Shown: positions 12,919 through 27,341 of the stretch, piece by piece
Layout of the letters: each line of letters begins with the position of its first letter
How positions within the stretch are numbered: position 1 is the stretch's first letter
Assembly (NCBI RefSeq): GCF_001194135.2
Contig: NC_069001.1
Location: forward strand, 30,436,891-30,500,890
Length of the DNA stretch: 64,000 nucleotides
DNA from: Octopus bimaculoides
Lineage: Eukaryota
Reading direction: 5' to 3'
The notes under the pieces: model-generated
Told to the model about the DNA's origin: nothing
Databases searched by the model: none
The model's input: the letters and a program-made list of their open reading frames with translations, nothing else
Program-made: the position numbers and the translations under genes

Positions 12919-13814
12919 CTCCTCTATTTATTTTCAATCTATTTTCACCCTACATATTTAGTTAGCGATATACCACTCTATATATTCATTTATATATGTA
13001 ATTGTTTTCCCATCTATCTACCAAGTTATTTATATATGTTTATCTATACATTTTATCTGTCTGTTTATATACGTAGTTGGTAATGCTATCTATAATATGT
13101 TTCAATAGCTATGTATCTATCCATTTCTTTCTTTAGCTATCAATTTATTTTGTTATCAAATTTTCTCTATGTATTTATTTATCTAAGTTACTATTTATCT
13201 ATGTACCTTCTTTCGATATATTCATTGATTTCCCATCTTTCTATCAATTCATCTACACATCTATAACTCTATTTGTCTACCTGTTAGCTCTCTGTAATTA
13301 TTTCTGTACCTATTTCTCCGTATATGAATATATCTATCTAACTATCTATCAATCAATCAGTCTACCCATCCATCTTTCCATCTGTCAATCTGTATGTCTG
13401 AGTGCCTGTCGATCTATCTATTTATCTATCTATCGATCTGTCTATATATCCATTTATCTATCCATGTATGTATGTACATATGTATGTATCTATCGGTTGG
13501 ACTACCTGTCATCCCATCTATCTGTTTATCTATCTGCCCTTCTATATGTCTATATATCTGTTCATCTGTCTATCTATCTACAAGCTATGTATTTCTTTTG
13601 ATATATTCATATTTATCCAATTTTATCTTCTGTACATGTTCATATGAATCAAAAATATTTGGCAGGTATTTAAATTTGAATGTGATATGAGAAACAAATG
13701 TGAAATATTTGCTTGTTATTGTCACAAAAATACTATATTGTTGCCAACGAGAAAAGAATTATTAACCATGACAAAAACAATAATTATAGACATACAAATA
13801 TAACAACAACAATA

Positions 13815-14300
13815 GTAATAATAATAATAATAATAATACCTTGATGCAGTTCCCAGGCAATGACTCTCATGGCTTCTGATCCTAAGTGATTGGAAGTGTT
13901 CTCATGCATATTGTTTTGTCTTGGTATAAATAATGGACTATAGTAAATATTCTGCTCAATACCACAGAATTGCTTGTCAGTTGTTAGACCATAACCGATT
14001 GAGCATGTCCTTTTGTGACTGACGATATGTGCATCACTCCCCATAAGTAGAAATGGGGGAACATCATAGCTATATGTTGTAAGGAATTCTTTAGAAACAT
14101 CTCTGGAAACATGGGTTCTTCGTTCCATATCCTCAAACACACCTTTCAATCGGATAGGCTACTCGAACTGAAGAAAATTCTAACTGGACCCCACTTGCAA
14201 GTTCTTGTGCTGTTTATCTTCCTATGACATCACCATGACGCGCACATACGGTTGTGATGCATGTGACTTCATGTGGAAAAATTTTGGCGAGGGTTTTAAC
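13815..14300. repeat. Interspersed repeat adjoining the RT fragment, probably LINE-derived
   Basis: Higher-complexity block starting at an (AAT)n tract and running into the RT remnant. No intact ORF. Family assignment is by recollection only. Confidence 0.4.
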
Positions 14301-14310
14301 ACCAAGAGGC

Positions 14311-14575
14311 ATATCTCTAGTATCATTGCTGTTTAGGATTTGTATAATACCACTCACACAGATACTACGGAAAGTGATATCGGGGTACACCTTGAAAAGT
14401 GGAAGAAAATTGAACTATTTGTTATATATGGATGATTCAATGATCTTCGGAAAAAAACCAAACGTGAAATAAATGGTCTAGTTTCAACAGGGCAGATATT
14501 CAGTACAGATATCTGAATGGAATTTGGGACTAAAAAGTGTAGAATGATTATAATACAAAGAGACAAAAATAGTGT
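14311..14575 (+). pseudogene. Non-LTR retrotransposon reverse transcriptase fragment, R4/Dong-like
   Basis: SLLFRICIIPLTQILRKVISGYTLKSGRKLNYLLYMDDSMIFGK, then after a frameshift EINGLVSTGQIFSTDI*MEFGTKKC. Contains the YMDD catalytic motif and the S.DI.MEFG..KC motif typical of R4/Dong RTs. Confidence 0.85.
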
Positions 14576-14748
14576 CCGCTTTCACAGAATCTATCAGAAC
14601 AAACATAACCGAATGTACTGAGAAGTAATAAGATAATGATAATAACAATTATAATTATAATAACAATAATAAGAATATTATTATTATTATCAACCTTTAT
14701 ACTAAAGGCACAAGGCCTGAAATTTTCGAGGAAAGGACAAGTCGATTA

Positions 14749-14780
<32 letters not shown>

Positions 14781-14945
14781 ATAGTTTCAAGAGGAAATAA
14801 TCTTGCAGCAGACTAATCATTCTTGTGAAAAATAACCTACTTTAACATCGTTTCTAAAATATATTTTATTCAACATTCTTCTCGAAAATTTACAAAAATA
14901 GATCCACCCATACACACACATACATACATAATTTTTTCCATTCGT

Positions 14946-15047
<102 letters not shown>

Positions 15048-15964
15048 TGAAAATATGAAATATGTATTCAAATTATTATTTTAGTTTCGGAATAATTACA
15101 TGCAAATACTTTGCTATTTTAATTTAAAACCATTACAAAATGTATGCTTTATTCCTAAACTGAAATTATTGAAACGCAATAAAGGCTTTCCTTTTTAGAA
15201 ACATTTAAGGGTAATGTATTTAAACGAAACAAAAACTCAATGTATTGAAGTATAACAAAAAAAAAAAATTGGCTGTAAATTACACTCTTGTTTCTCGCTA
15301 AATTTAGACAAAATTTCATGACCGCGTGTTGTTTCTCTTTTCACTCGCTCTGCATTCAATGAAGATATGTGCGTGTGATTGTTCCTATGATTGAAAGCAA
15401 ATTATTGGTTTTCTACTTGTTATGATTGCGTATACGACTTTACAAGAAATGCTGATACATACGTACATATATATAGCTGAATGTTAACTTTTGCACACGT
15501 GTGTATGTATCTGTACACAAACATTTCTATGCGTGTGTGTGTGTGTGTGTATGCGTGCTTCTGTTTGAGTGTCTGTATATTCTATGGAACGTATAGGTTT
15601 CAGAGAAAGAGAAATCTTTTGCAGCAGGATGCGGCACGATTGTATAATAAATTAATTGAAATATAATAATATTACTCTACAAATTCTCAACCCAAACCAT
15701 GTGATTATAGTTGGGGGTGGCGTATAGACTATACATATGTTCCTGTGGTACAATAATCTGCCACTTGGTTTATCACATCTGAGTGGCGAAGGTTTAGGTG
15801 GAATAGTTAATTCTGAAATCTTCTTCTACTTACACACGATAGTTGTTTTAGGAAACATTACGATGGCTTTTCTTCCTCCATTTATATATCACTAGTTTTA
15901 GTGTCCCTATAAAAACAGAAGCAATGCTCTGAATGCAATTGTTTACTCACCTGATGCAGGTATT

Positions 15965-16110
15965 CCTTTGTAGTTAGAAGTTTCCTTCTCAACGACAACT
16001 CTCTGGGTCCAGCCCCACTTCTTTGCGCCTTGAGCGAGTGTTTTCTGTTATAGCCCCCGGCCAACTAATGAGTCGTATTGGTTGACAGACAGTAAAAGAA
16101 GCCTGTTGTA
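15965..16110 (+). mobile_element. SINE family B, degenerate 5' part
   Basis: GCGCCTTGAGCGAGTGTTTTCTGTTATAGCCCCCGGCCAAC corresponds to the family block GCACCTTGGGCAAGTGTCTTCTACTATAGCC. Confidence 0.6.
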
Positions 16111-16539
16111 TAAGTATGAATGTCATTATTCAGTTTTGTTCCAAGATTTCTGCCAATAGAGAAAGAGCCGACTTGTGACTTAGATCCAAGGCTCCTTCAT
16201 TGGAAGGTCAACATCAACCACAGGGTATTTTTGCTTGTTTTATGTATGTATTATCATGCTTATAGTTATATATCTAGACATGTCATATATATATATATAA
16301 ATGATAAACTTCTTGAAAGTGTTACATATTTTTACAGTTCAAGCGTTGGATTGGATCTGTAGTCTCCAAATTACGTACATACGTACGTACGTACGTACAT
16401 ACATATATGAATGTATGTAAGTATGTATATAAGTACATAATTATATGTATATAATTATGCGTATATATATATAAGTACATAGGTATATATTGTGAATGTA
16501 TGTATGTATGTTAGTACGTATGTATATATTTATTCATTT

Positions 16540-16760
16540 GCACGTGTCTTTGTGTTCGCGTTCGTCCTCCATCCGGCGGTGCTTGACAACCAGTGTTGGT
16601 TTATGTACGTCTCCGCAACGTTGCAGTTCGTTAAAATAGTAATAATAATTTGTTGAATAAGTATGTGACTCAAAAAAGCATTAAAACTGCACTCGATTCG
16701 TTCGACTACAAAATTTCACTGCCCCAGCATGGCCGAGTTCTGTTCAATGAAAGAAAAAAA
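16540..16760 (+). mobile_element. SINE family B, degenerate 3' part
   Basis: GCTTGACAACCAGTGTTGG and CCCCAGCATGGCCG blocks. Confidence 0.6.
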
Positions 16761-18130
16761 TATTACAAAAGATGAAAGAAATAAAAGAAATCAGCATTTT
16801 CATGCAGATTTTCATGCTATCTCGCAGGTGCATTATTGTTGTTGAGCACAAGCAATCGGCCGTGCTGCTGTGCAGCAGGAAAAAATATTCATGTAAAACT
16901 GTAATACGTATGTTATTGATATAACTGTTTTGTTTGGGGGGATTTTTTTTTTCTTTTATGCATTTAATAGTTCCAGTGATTTATAGGTACAACTTTGATG
17001 TACGACTATTGGGATAATTAGTGACTTATATTTGCTAAATTTATTTCTTTCAACGACGTTGAAATATTTTGTACCGAATTGTATTACATTATAAAGGCTT
17101 CATAATTACGTTAAACAATATCCTTGTATGTCATAGAATATCCTGATGTTTTCTTATTTTATCTTCAAATTGTATAAATTCTATATGATGAAATTTGCTT
17201 GCCTTTTTACCTCCTCTCTCATACTTTCTAGGTTATTGCGTTCATTTTTCATTTGTTGGCACTAGGCTATTTCGTTGTCATTCTTTGACAGACCTAAGTT
17301 TGATGCGTGCATTTGTTGTACTTGTTTAATGTTATTACAGTTACGTTAGGATTATAACGATGTATACATCATTTAAAGTATTGTGTTTGTGGTTAGAATC
17401 TATTGTATTAAGTTTTTACTTGTATTTTCCCTTCCTGACATGCATCTTGCTGTATCATTTACTTGGAAAAGGTTATTAGGTATATTTTTGATACTGTTCT
17501 TTCTTATCTGTAATACCATTACGCAATACATTTGAAAGGACGTCGACAATGTTCGTGTAAGTAACTTTAGTAAATTGATTCTGCGCTGTTTTTCCTTTTG
17601 CTTTAGCCTTCTTGGAGAATATATGGGAGCGTTATGATTCTTATCGTAGTCTCTATAACAGATACGAGAAAAGGAAATGAGCAAGCTACTTCGAACTGTC
17701 AATGAACGTGAATGGTTGCTTTAGAGTACACCACTCCATATCAATCGAGTAGACCTCATTTTAAGACCACCACTGAAAAATGGAATGTAAAACTTCTCAG
17801 TAAACCTTGATGGGTGTCTAGATTTTCATACTCGAATCTGATCTATTTATGATGCATTTTAACTGCTATCGTATTTCAAAGACACCATGTATTTGTTTTA
17901 AACTCGATCACTATTGCGGCAAGCATAGGCCCAACTTTCTTCTATATATAAGACATGATTCTATTGTCACTGGAAGATATATCACCAGCAAGTCTAGACT
18001 AAATGAAAAACTACGATCACGTTACTCTACAATGAAACTATCAATGCATTTACTCGCATCGTATTATTCTATGATAATTAGAACCACCTACATATGTTCC
18101 TTATTATTCCTAGTAAAAGTTAGAAATCCT

Positions 18131-18165
<35 letters not shown>

Positions 18166-18961
18166 CGAGAGGAGTTGTACTCTTGGGGTTCAAAAATCGC
18201 AGTAGAGTCCGCACGAAGGGACAACTATGATAAAATGTTTCATTCCGCCTTTCATTTGCTATATACATAACGATCACAGTGAAATTGACCGTATTTTACC
18301 AGCAAGCTATCAGGTGTAAACCATTTATTTTATTATACATACATACATATATATGTATGTATATATATACTTACAAATGTGTCTGTGTGCGATAGACCCT
18401 CTTCACTAATGTTACACCAAGCATTCAACCGTATGGGTCACTTTTAATACCATCAGTGAAAGAAATATTAAATGCAAATTGCTGTTACAGAGCATATTAT
18501 ATGAACATTCATCACATATGTGGTGCCGTCTGATAATTCGAAATATGAACTACAAAGAGTTGCCATTTCTGACATCGGAACAAACTTTTTATTTCCCGAT
18601 CATTTACCAGGAATCACATAGATAGACCTTAGTTGCACGTGTCAAGAGGTTTTGAAAAACAATAGACAGAAGTCGATGAAGGAGATAAAGGAAGTGGAGA
18701 AATCTAAATAAATTTCATTATATATATATATATATAATGAGAGGGGGGGGAGATCAATAGGTGATATTCATCAACTTATAGACATTATATTATGTCAATT
18801 CATTTATTTACTAAAAGGACAATTATAACAATATACATACCTGTATGACATATTATGCTTTACATATATAATATATAAAATATGAGTAATTATGAAGATA
18901 TAACGTATATTGGATAGATATTATCCCTTAGTCGGTTGGATTGACAACCTCTAACTTTCTT

Positions 18962-19005
<44 letters not shown>

Positions 19006-19248
19006 GTGTGTGTGTGTGTATGTATATGATAATATGTTATAAAGATAAATTAATGTATTATGATATTTTAAACACATAATAATGCAGTTGGCTATACCAA
19101 TTAAGAGCCGAAAAGATAAAATACATAAATAAAGGTGCAATATAGCCCTGCAATTGCTAGAAATAGGGAAAATATAACTCGAATGGCCACACGAAATCAG
19201 CAGTGGTTAATGAGACGGGCGGAGGAGGATATGAGATGTCTCGTTAAT

Positions 19249-19294
19249 CACTACAATTGTTTCGACCCATCTAGAAACGGTTCCTCTTCATGTG
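19249..19294 (-). ncRNA. Degenerate minimal type I hammerhead (C3 mutated)
   Basis: Minus strand reads CAC-ATGAAGA-G-GAACC-gtttctagat-GGGTC-GAAA-C-AATT-GTA-GTG. Helix III palindrome ACAATTGT and stem I CAC/GTG. Confidence 0.55.
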
Positions 19295-19649
19295 TACATG
19301 AATGGCGAGTTTAGAGTTAAATTTAATTCATTCATAGCTTAAGGTGAATTATGTTACCGGTTACTCAAATTCGTTTCTACTGCATTGCTATGCATGTAAG
19401 CATCTTGAGAGTCTTTCAGAAATTCTATTAAGAATAGACAGAGATTCTTCGGAACAGAGTCAGCATCTACTGGAGATGTTGTTATGTGGTCTTGTGTGCC
19501 TTGTTATGGATCACGTTATACTATATATAATTTTATCTTCCTTCAGTCACCAACAAACCCGCCCAAAAGGGGACGGCGTGATGGATTGATAGAAAGGGAG
19601 AAAGTTACTGTTATACTGTATAAACAGACAAAGAACCAGACCTAGAAGT

Positions 19650-19960
19650 AGACAGACAGACAAACAGACAGATAGATAAATGACAAACAGATGAATAGAT
19701 AGATAGATATATGTATGATAAATAGATAGACAGAGAGATACATAGATAGATACATAGATAGATAGATAGATAGACAGACAACTATATTTATGAATGATAG
19801 ATAGATAGACAACTATATTTATGAATGATAGATAGATAGACAGACAACTATATTTATGAATGACAGATAAATAGATAGATAGATGATAATTAGACAGATA
19901 AACAGATATACTGATATATAGATAAAAACATCTACAGACAGACGGGTACATAGATAGATA
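19650..19960. repeat. (GATA/GACA)n microsatellite with local duplications
   Basis: Direct reading. Confidence 0.85.
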
Positions 19961-20649
19961 GATACATACATACACACATACATACATAGATATACCGACA
20001 CACAGACAATACAAAAGTAATACAACAGTTTAAATAACATATGTGTAACTTTGAAGATGCAAATACATAAAACTCATGAACAGATGTAGATTCAAATGAA
20101 TATACGAGCGAGTGTGTAGACGTATGTCTCTGCTTGCGTGTGTGCGTTTGTATGTGCATATGCAAGCATGTATTCGCGAGCATAAACATTCATGCATACG
20201 TCAATACACCAATACGCGCGTGTGTGTGTGTGTGTGTGTACGTAAGTACGTTATATTCAAGTAGAAATTTTATTAATATTCTATCGTATGAAATAAAATA
20301 TATATAAATTTCCATATTTGAAGAATTGTAGATTGATTACTCCATATGAATACGATGCATAGGTTCATAAAAGTGGATTGATTTTTAGCACACAGTATAT
20401 TGTTCATTAGGAACAGAACTATTTTATATTTCCTATTATATGTTTATGTATTTCTTCAACTCAGCTCAACTTTGGTATTCCAAATCACAATAGATTTGCC
20501 GGGGGGAAATTTATATAGGAATACATTAAACATGTGTGTGTGTGCGTGTGCGTGTGCGTGTCTGTGTGTGCGTGTGTGTGTATGTGTGTGTATGTGTGTG
20601 TGTGTATATATATATATGTGTGTATATATACATATGTGTGTATATATAC

Positions 20650-20693
<44 letters not shown>

Positions 20694-22199
20694 ACACACA
20701 CACATGGGCCCATAGAAATGTGTACTCACGTACATGCATACGTTCACATTTACCTTACACTAAACATACATTCATATATAAATACTTCTATATGTGTTCT
20801 TATGCAAAGTTATATCAGCAGTTTGTCTTCAACTTGAAGGATCACTGAATAATGTTTAGTAGATGGCGTATCATATATATTTTTATAAAACATTTAAAAC
20901 TGACATCGAAACGTTGTCTTTCTAGTCAACATAAAGCAGTAGTATAGTTTCGTGAATATGGGTTCAAAAAACATATATTTAATGCTGTTGCGACGATGTT
21001 TCTCGGGGGTTGGAATAATATGAGAGTACGTGAATCGCATGCGTCAGCTTGTAATCAGAAAAGGAATTTTTTGTGTTAGAAATGGGGAGAAGATGGATAA
21101 GGCATTTCTCGTTTGATATCGGGTTCATTCAATCTTGCATGTAGAGAAGAATGTTAGACATAAACACGCTTATAGTTTCATACCGCAAATATTTCACATG
21201 CAGGTCAGAATTGCGTCGGCTGAAGCCTGTATTGTGACTGAACATGATGATGAACTACAAACTTCTGACTGAGAATTCCACCATCAAGCTACCCTTATTT
21301 AAACATATTTGCCTCATTTTTATGCGCTACTACTTTTAGTTTCAAATATTACTTTTTAGACACATTCTACTCTAATAGAATGTAGCCAAGATCAAGCAGC
21401 TATTCCAAGATCTTCCCAGTAACGCATTGAGGCCAAGGAAAGATACTTAAGTCGGCTACGTTGAATACAATTTTATTTCCCAGCTATAATCTAGTTGATA
21501 ATGTCTGATTTTTTGTTAATAATCTAGTTGATGTTTGATTTCTTTTTGTTAATATTTTCAGTTTTGGCGTTTAGTTTTCCTTTTATGCAAGCTACCATAT
21601 TTAAACCGAACATAGCATAAAACTTGGCCGATAGGTCATGGACATGTTCACGTAACACGGCACAAACGGGTGTTAATTATAAATAAGAAGCATTTATGAA
21701 AACTATGGAAGGCTGCGTACAAAAAAATACACCAACATATCTGTAACAGGTTAACTGTAAAATTTTAGGATAAATTAGCAATATTTGAAAGTGTTAAAAA
21801 TTTTATGTTAAAAAGAAATTACTATAAGATAAAACTTATTCACAGTTGTGGCGTTTTCAAAAAAGTATTAGATTTCTCAGATATACGTACTTCCCAGTGC
21901 TTTGTATTACTGTTGTATTTTGTATATTTACGTGCGAATTTTTCTTTGAAATAATACGGTATACCAAGATTTCTGAATATAAAATTAGTGAGCAAGCAAC
22001 TAGGGTTTGTGGTGTACATATGGAATGTGTCCTTTTGAGGATGGTTAGAGCAATTTAATGAACTGTTAGTGCAATAAATGTATTAGTTAAGTTATAGGTT
22101 ATAGGTTTATATATCTCAATATTTTTTAATCGATTGCTTGATGGTAACTGAAGTCCATATCCTATATTTGCAAGACTAACGGAGATATATACATAAATG

Positions 22200-22252
<53 letters not shown>

Positions 22253-23233
22253 NNNNNNNNNNNNNNNNNNNNNNNNNNNNNNNNNNNNNNNNNNNNNNNN
22301 NNNNNNNNNNNNNNNNNNNNNNNNNNNNNNNNNNNNNNNNNNNNNNNNNNNNNNNNNNNNNNNNNNNNNNNNNNNNNNNNNNNNNNNNNNNNNNNNNNNN
22401 NNNNNNNNNNNNNNNNNNNNNNNNNNNNNNNNNNNNNNNNNNNNNNNNNNNNNNNNNNNNNNNNNNNNNNNNNNNNNNNNNNNNNNNNNNNNNNNNNNNN
22501 NNNNNNNNNNNNNNNNNNNNNNNNNNNNNNNNNNNNNNNNNNNNNNNNNNNNNNNNNNNNNNNNNNNNNNNNNNNNNNNNNNNNNNNNNNNNNNNNNNNN
22601 NNNNNNNNNNNNNNNNNNNNNNNNNNNNNNNNNNNNNNNNNNNNNNNNNNNNNNNNNNNNNNNNNNNNNNNNNNNNNNNNNNNNNNNNNNNNNNNNNNNN
22701 NNNNNNNNNNNNNNNNNNNNNNNNNNNNNNNNNNNNNNNNNNNNNNNNNNNNNNNNNNNNNTATATATATATATATATATGCACACAAATATATACATAT
22801 AACTAAGCATAACACTATATATGAATGTGCATGTATGTGTATATATATATTTGTGAGTGTATATGTGCGTACGTCGCGGGCGTGCATGGTATGGGTGAAT
22901 AAATATGTGTGTGTATGGCGGGGGGTTGTTGCTGTGTTTAATACATTGATTGCAGATCGATATATTTTCGAATCATAAAGTTTCATGCAAGGGTACGGAT
23001 GGTTAATGACTGAAAAATTTCATTCGATGCAAGTTCACGTATAAAAATTATATGTAGCTTTGCAGTTGGTTTTAACAGCACGAAACTGAAACTTAATGCC
23101 TTTTAGTGAGCAAGCACAAAAGCTAAAATTGGAAGATAGTTAAACTCACGTACTTCACAATCTTCCTCCCTCAGTACTTCTATACTTCTTATAATGTATA
23201 TATGCAGATGCACGCGCACACACACGTGTGTAT

Positions 23234-23267
<34 letters not shown>

Positions 23268-23364
23268 GGTTATGTATGAATGTGTGTACTTATGTGTACA
23301 TTAGACATACAAATATATTTACATTCACATATAAACATGTACACACACACATACAAACATGTAT

Positions 23365-23414
<50 letters not shown>

Positions 23415-23443
23415 ATGTGTGTGTGTGTGTGTGTGTGTGTATA

Positions 23444-23815
23444 CAGTGTGAGGCAGAGCGGGCGGACGGTTTTGAAATAACTGTTACTCAGCACCAAGGC
23501 GAGGGACATATATCTGACCGGTAACTTTTGCTCCGTAGCGTCTTCGCATTTTATTTTATTTCCAGGTCAAGCCATGGCGTTGTGGACCATAGATCATCGG
23601 ACGTTTGCCTATGAGTTTCGGCGTCACTTCAACATTCAGCGAAGTCAAGCTATTCCCAACCGTAACACAATCTTATGTTGGGTGAATGCACTTCGTACAC
23701 GAGGTACATTAACGAATATTAGACTAGTGGGGGCGCCACGAACGGTACGAACCCCGGAAAATGTTGAACGTGTCAGACCAGCTTTCATACATAGTCCGAA
23801 TCCCTCTGCTCTGAG
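23444..23815 (+). pseudogene. Tc1/mariner (DUF4817-type) transposase 5' fragment with TIR-like start
   Basis: TA followed by CAGTGTGAGGC start. ORF 23574 reads MALWTIDHRTFAYEFRRHFNIQRSQAIPNRNTILCWVNALRTRGTLTNIRLVGAPRTVRTPENVERVR, with the P.R.TI..WV...R..G and RTVRTPEN.ERVR HTH signatures. Confidence 0.85.
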
Positions 23816-24422
23816 TGACGAACAAGATAAGTGGGAGCGAAATTTGTTTCACAATTGATAACCTGCACTTAATTAGGTCATGGTCGGGATTGAACACAAG
23901 AACCTGGTCACATGGCATTAGTTAGTCGATGGTGGGGACAAAAACGGCACGCACGCACATATATATACACACATACATACATTAAGGGATAATAATAGCC
24001 AATGAATATACTGGTTCATTACCTATTACGGAAAGTATTGAATATTACATTTACTATTCAACTGTGAGGTAATGGGATAAACCGGGTTTTATATGCATTT
24101 AAGAAAAATAAGAACATAAAGATAATTAAATTAATAATTATTTATTAATTACAAAATTGCAGATCATCTCAGATAGCTGTTTCGATTCAAGATGTCAGAA
24201 ATTAATTAGTATAGTTAAGAACATTTTAACGTTGAAACTCAACGGAAGTAGAAAAAGATATACTATAACATTTTCATATTATTGTTTGTTGAATGTACAC
24301 AACATATCTGCTAACTGATGTTTTATAGTAAGAACGTGGTATAAACCTTACAAAGGAGGGGTGGTATATTTATCGGAGTTATTCTAAAAATGAATATAAA
24401 AATAAATAAGATAATGTAATAA

Positions 24423-24468
<46 letters not shown>

Positions 24469-24947
24469 TAATTAAGTATCAAATAAAAGTGATTATAAAG
24501 ATATAAGTACTAATATATTATGAGTAGTTATTAATATTATAAAGTAAGTAGTATGTTAATTAATGTTATTGTAAACCAATAAATAATTATGAATAGAAAA
24601 ATTAGGGTGAATATTTATATAGATAGTATTTAATTATTTAAGCAATTAATGTGTATATGTCAATAACATAAATATCAGAAGGGTAATAGTGAAAATAAGT
24701 TTTTGAGTGCATTATAATATAAATACAATACATAGTTTATATGTATAGAGATAAAACAAAAATGCAACAAGCGTGTAATAAAATAATATAGAATAGATTA
24801 CTAAGTAGGCAAGTGAGAATTTCTTATTACACGAATATAAACAGAAGTAAATATAAATAATTAATCGTGGGACAAAGACGTACTAAATATTTGTGTGAAA
24901 TTAATATGTAAAGTATGTAGTAGCCTAAAAGATATAAGGACTTTAGA

Positions 24948-25048
24948 GTAAAGTACTAGGCTTATAAAAATAAGTCCCGGTGTTGATTTGTTCGACTAAA
25001 AGCGGTGCTTTAATATGGCTGCAGTCAAATAGCTGAAACAAATGAAAA
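24948..25048 (+). mobile_element. SINE family B, 3' end
   Basis: AAGTACTAGGCTTATAAAAATAAGTCCCGGTGTTGATTTGTTCGACTAAAAGCGGTGC. Confidence 0.75.
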
Positions 25049-25404
25049 AAAAAATACTACCAATGAACCCCGAAATTATTTTCCTCTTCCCCACTCTCTT
25101 GTCACTTCACGCCACACTATATTTTTCTATTTCCGTTAACTAGGTTTATTTCATAGAACGCTGTTATTTGAGAATTTTGACCAGTGGAGTTTGTTTAATA
25201 TTTGATCAATTTAGTATAAATTTTAGGCGTATTAGTCTCTCCTACATTACAAAAATGTACTTATATTAAATATGTTTGCACTTATTTATTAATTTAATTG
25301 CGTACTCATTACCGTATTCGTTTAGTATTTGATTCTATCTCCATTGAACACCATTGGTCTTAATATACTTCTAAGCGTGACTATATATAATGCTTAATGT
25401 TTAG

Positions 25405-25672
25405 CATTCTCCGGCACTTTTGCTGCACCACTAAGTTTCGGGGAGGAGAAGACACCAACAATGTTTGTCAAGCGATGTTGGGGAAAGACACACAGACAGA
25501 AGCATGTACATACTTATATACGACGGACTTCTTTCACTTTCCGTCTACCAAATCCACTCACAATTCTTTGGTTGGCCCAAGGCTATAGTAGAAGACACTT
25601 ACTCAAGGTTCCATGCGGTGGTACTGAACCCGGAACCATGTGGTTGGGAAGCAAACTTCTTGCTACACAGCT
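25405..25672 (-). mobile_element. SINE family B
   Basis: Near-consensus TACGACGGACTTCTTTCACTTTCCGTCTACCAAATCCACTCAC...GAACCCGGAACCATGTGGTTGGGAAGC. Confidence 0.9.
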
Positions 25673-25959
25673 ATGCGGAATCAAATAAAGTTCAACTTGG
25701 CAGCATTTTCACTCAGAGCGCAATGATGCGTAACTAATATTACGAAATATCCATTCCATGCTTTTAGAGTTCAGCTGTAGGCAAGGTTTTTATCGATCCG
25801 CGATAAATCAAGTGCAAAAATTGGGCTCGACTAGGTTTGAACTTACATCGCAGAGTAAGATGAATTACTGCGAGGCATTTAGCATAACGCTGTATTAAAT
25901 CTCAACAAGTTTCCTTTTTTCCTATTTTGTATGAAAAGTAAATAATGTACATAATTATA

Positions 25960-26861
25960 ATTATAGGTTTCAATTTTTTGCACAAGCCCAGTACTTTCGG
26001 TGGAGGAGATAAGTTGATTACATCGGTACATACTTTATTGTATCCTAAAAAGATGAATGGCATAGTCGACCTCGGCGTCATTTGAACACAGAAAATAACG
26101 ATGGACGTAATGTAGCTAAGCATTTTGTCCAGCGTACCAATGACTCTGCCAGTTCACCGCCTTAGATATAGCTATAATTACTGATTTCCAATTGTGGCAC
26201 AAGGCAAGCAAATTCGGGAGTTTGAGGTATGTCGATTACATCGACCACATGGCTTTCCTGACATAATTTAACGGCACTGAAAGGATGAAAGGCAAAGTCG
26301 ACTTCAGGAAGTAAAGACAGACAAAAGGCTGCTGAGCGTTTCTCCCGGCGGGATAACGACTCTGTCAGCTCGCTGCCTTCTACATAATTTTAATTATTTA
26401 TTTCTTTATTGCCCACAGGGGTCTAAATATAGAGGGGATAAACAAGGATAGACAAAGGGATTAAGTCGGTTACACTGATCCCAGTGCATAATTGGTACTT
26501 ATTTAATCGACTCCGAAAGGATGAAAGGCAACGTCGACCTCAGCGGAATTTGATCTTAGAACGTAACGGCAGATAAAATACCGCTATGTTCATCGCCCGG
26601 TGTTCTAACGATTCTGCCAGCGCGTCACTTTATATAAATTTTAAAATAATTTTTTTTTTTTATTGCCGACAGGGGGCTAAACATAGTGGGGACAAACACG
26701 GACAGACAAAGGGATTAAGTCGATTACACCGACCGCATNNNNNNNNNNGGATGGCAAGCAAAGTCGACCTGGGCGAAATTTGAACTCAGAACGTAACTGT
26801 AGACGAAATGTCACTAAGCATTTCGCCCAGCATGCCAACGATTCTGCCTGCTCGCCGCCCT
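25960..26861 (-). mobile_element. Cluster of four head-to-tail tRNA-derived SINE family A copies
   Basis: Four units (about 25960-26163, 26180-26379, 26399-26628, 26655-26861), each with AAGTCGACCTC.GC.GAATTTGAACTCAGAACG-like and GCCAGCTCGCCGCCTT-like blocks. Confidence 0.85.
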
Positions 26862-27261
26862 ATATAATTTTAATTATTGACAGATACTACGCTGCCCCGA
26901 TGAAAATATTTACATGTAGTTAACCTCATTTTACATTGCAGTCAAAATTAAATATTTTACCAAGTTTGCTTTGCGTTTCTATAATATATTATTTGTTGAG
27001 TGACATTAGTGTGTTTCGTTACACATCATGTGTATATGTGAATACACACACCAGTCTAAAGACAACACTGGCTTCATTCTTTTTACATATTTAATTATCT
27101 CCTGTGCAACCGAATTAATTATCTCACTATATAGAATGAACCAATTTTTAATTAGCGTTAGAGCAATTTGACTACTTACGAGTAATGAAACCGCAGATCA
27201 ATATGTAAAATCATATGCAAATTCGTTGCAGCATTTATTAATATTTTATAAGTTTTATTAT

Positions 27262-27341
27262 TTCGTTTGTCTTTACGTTCTGAGTTCAAATTCCGCCGAG
27301 GTCGACTTTGCCTTTCATCCTTTGATAAATTAAGTACCAGT
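27262..27341 (+). mobile_element. SINE family A, central fragment
   Basis: TTACGTTCTGAGTTCAAATTCCGCCGAGGTCGACTTTGCCTTTCATCC (B-box GAGTTCAAATTC). Confidence 0.85.

Noticed and set aside
20400-20848. VCVC/THTH/YIYI ORFs here and at 44304, 50264, 51127 and elsewhere
   Set aside because: Dinucleotide microsatellite artefacts.
24460-24950. Very AT-rich stretch resembling mitochondrial sequence (NUMT)
   Set aside because: No sustained frame matching a mitochondrial protein under the invertebrate code and no tRNA-like structures seen.
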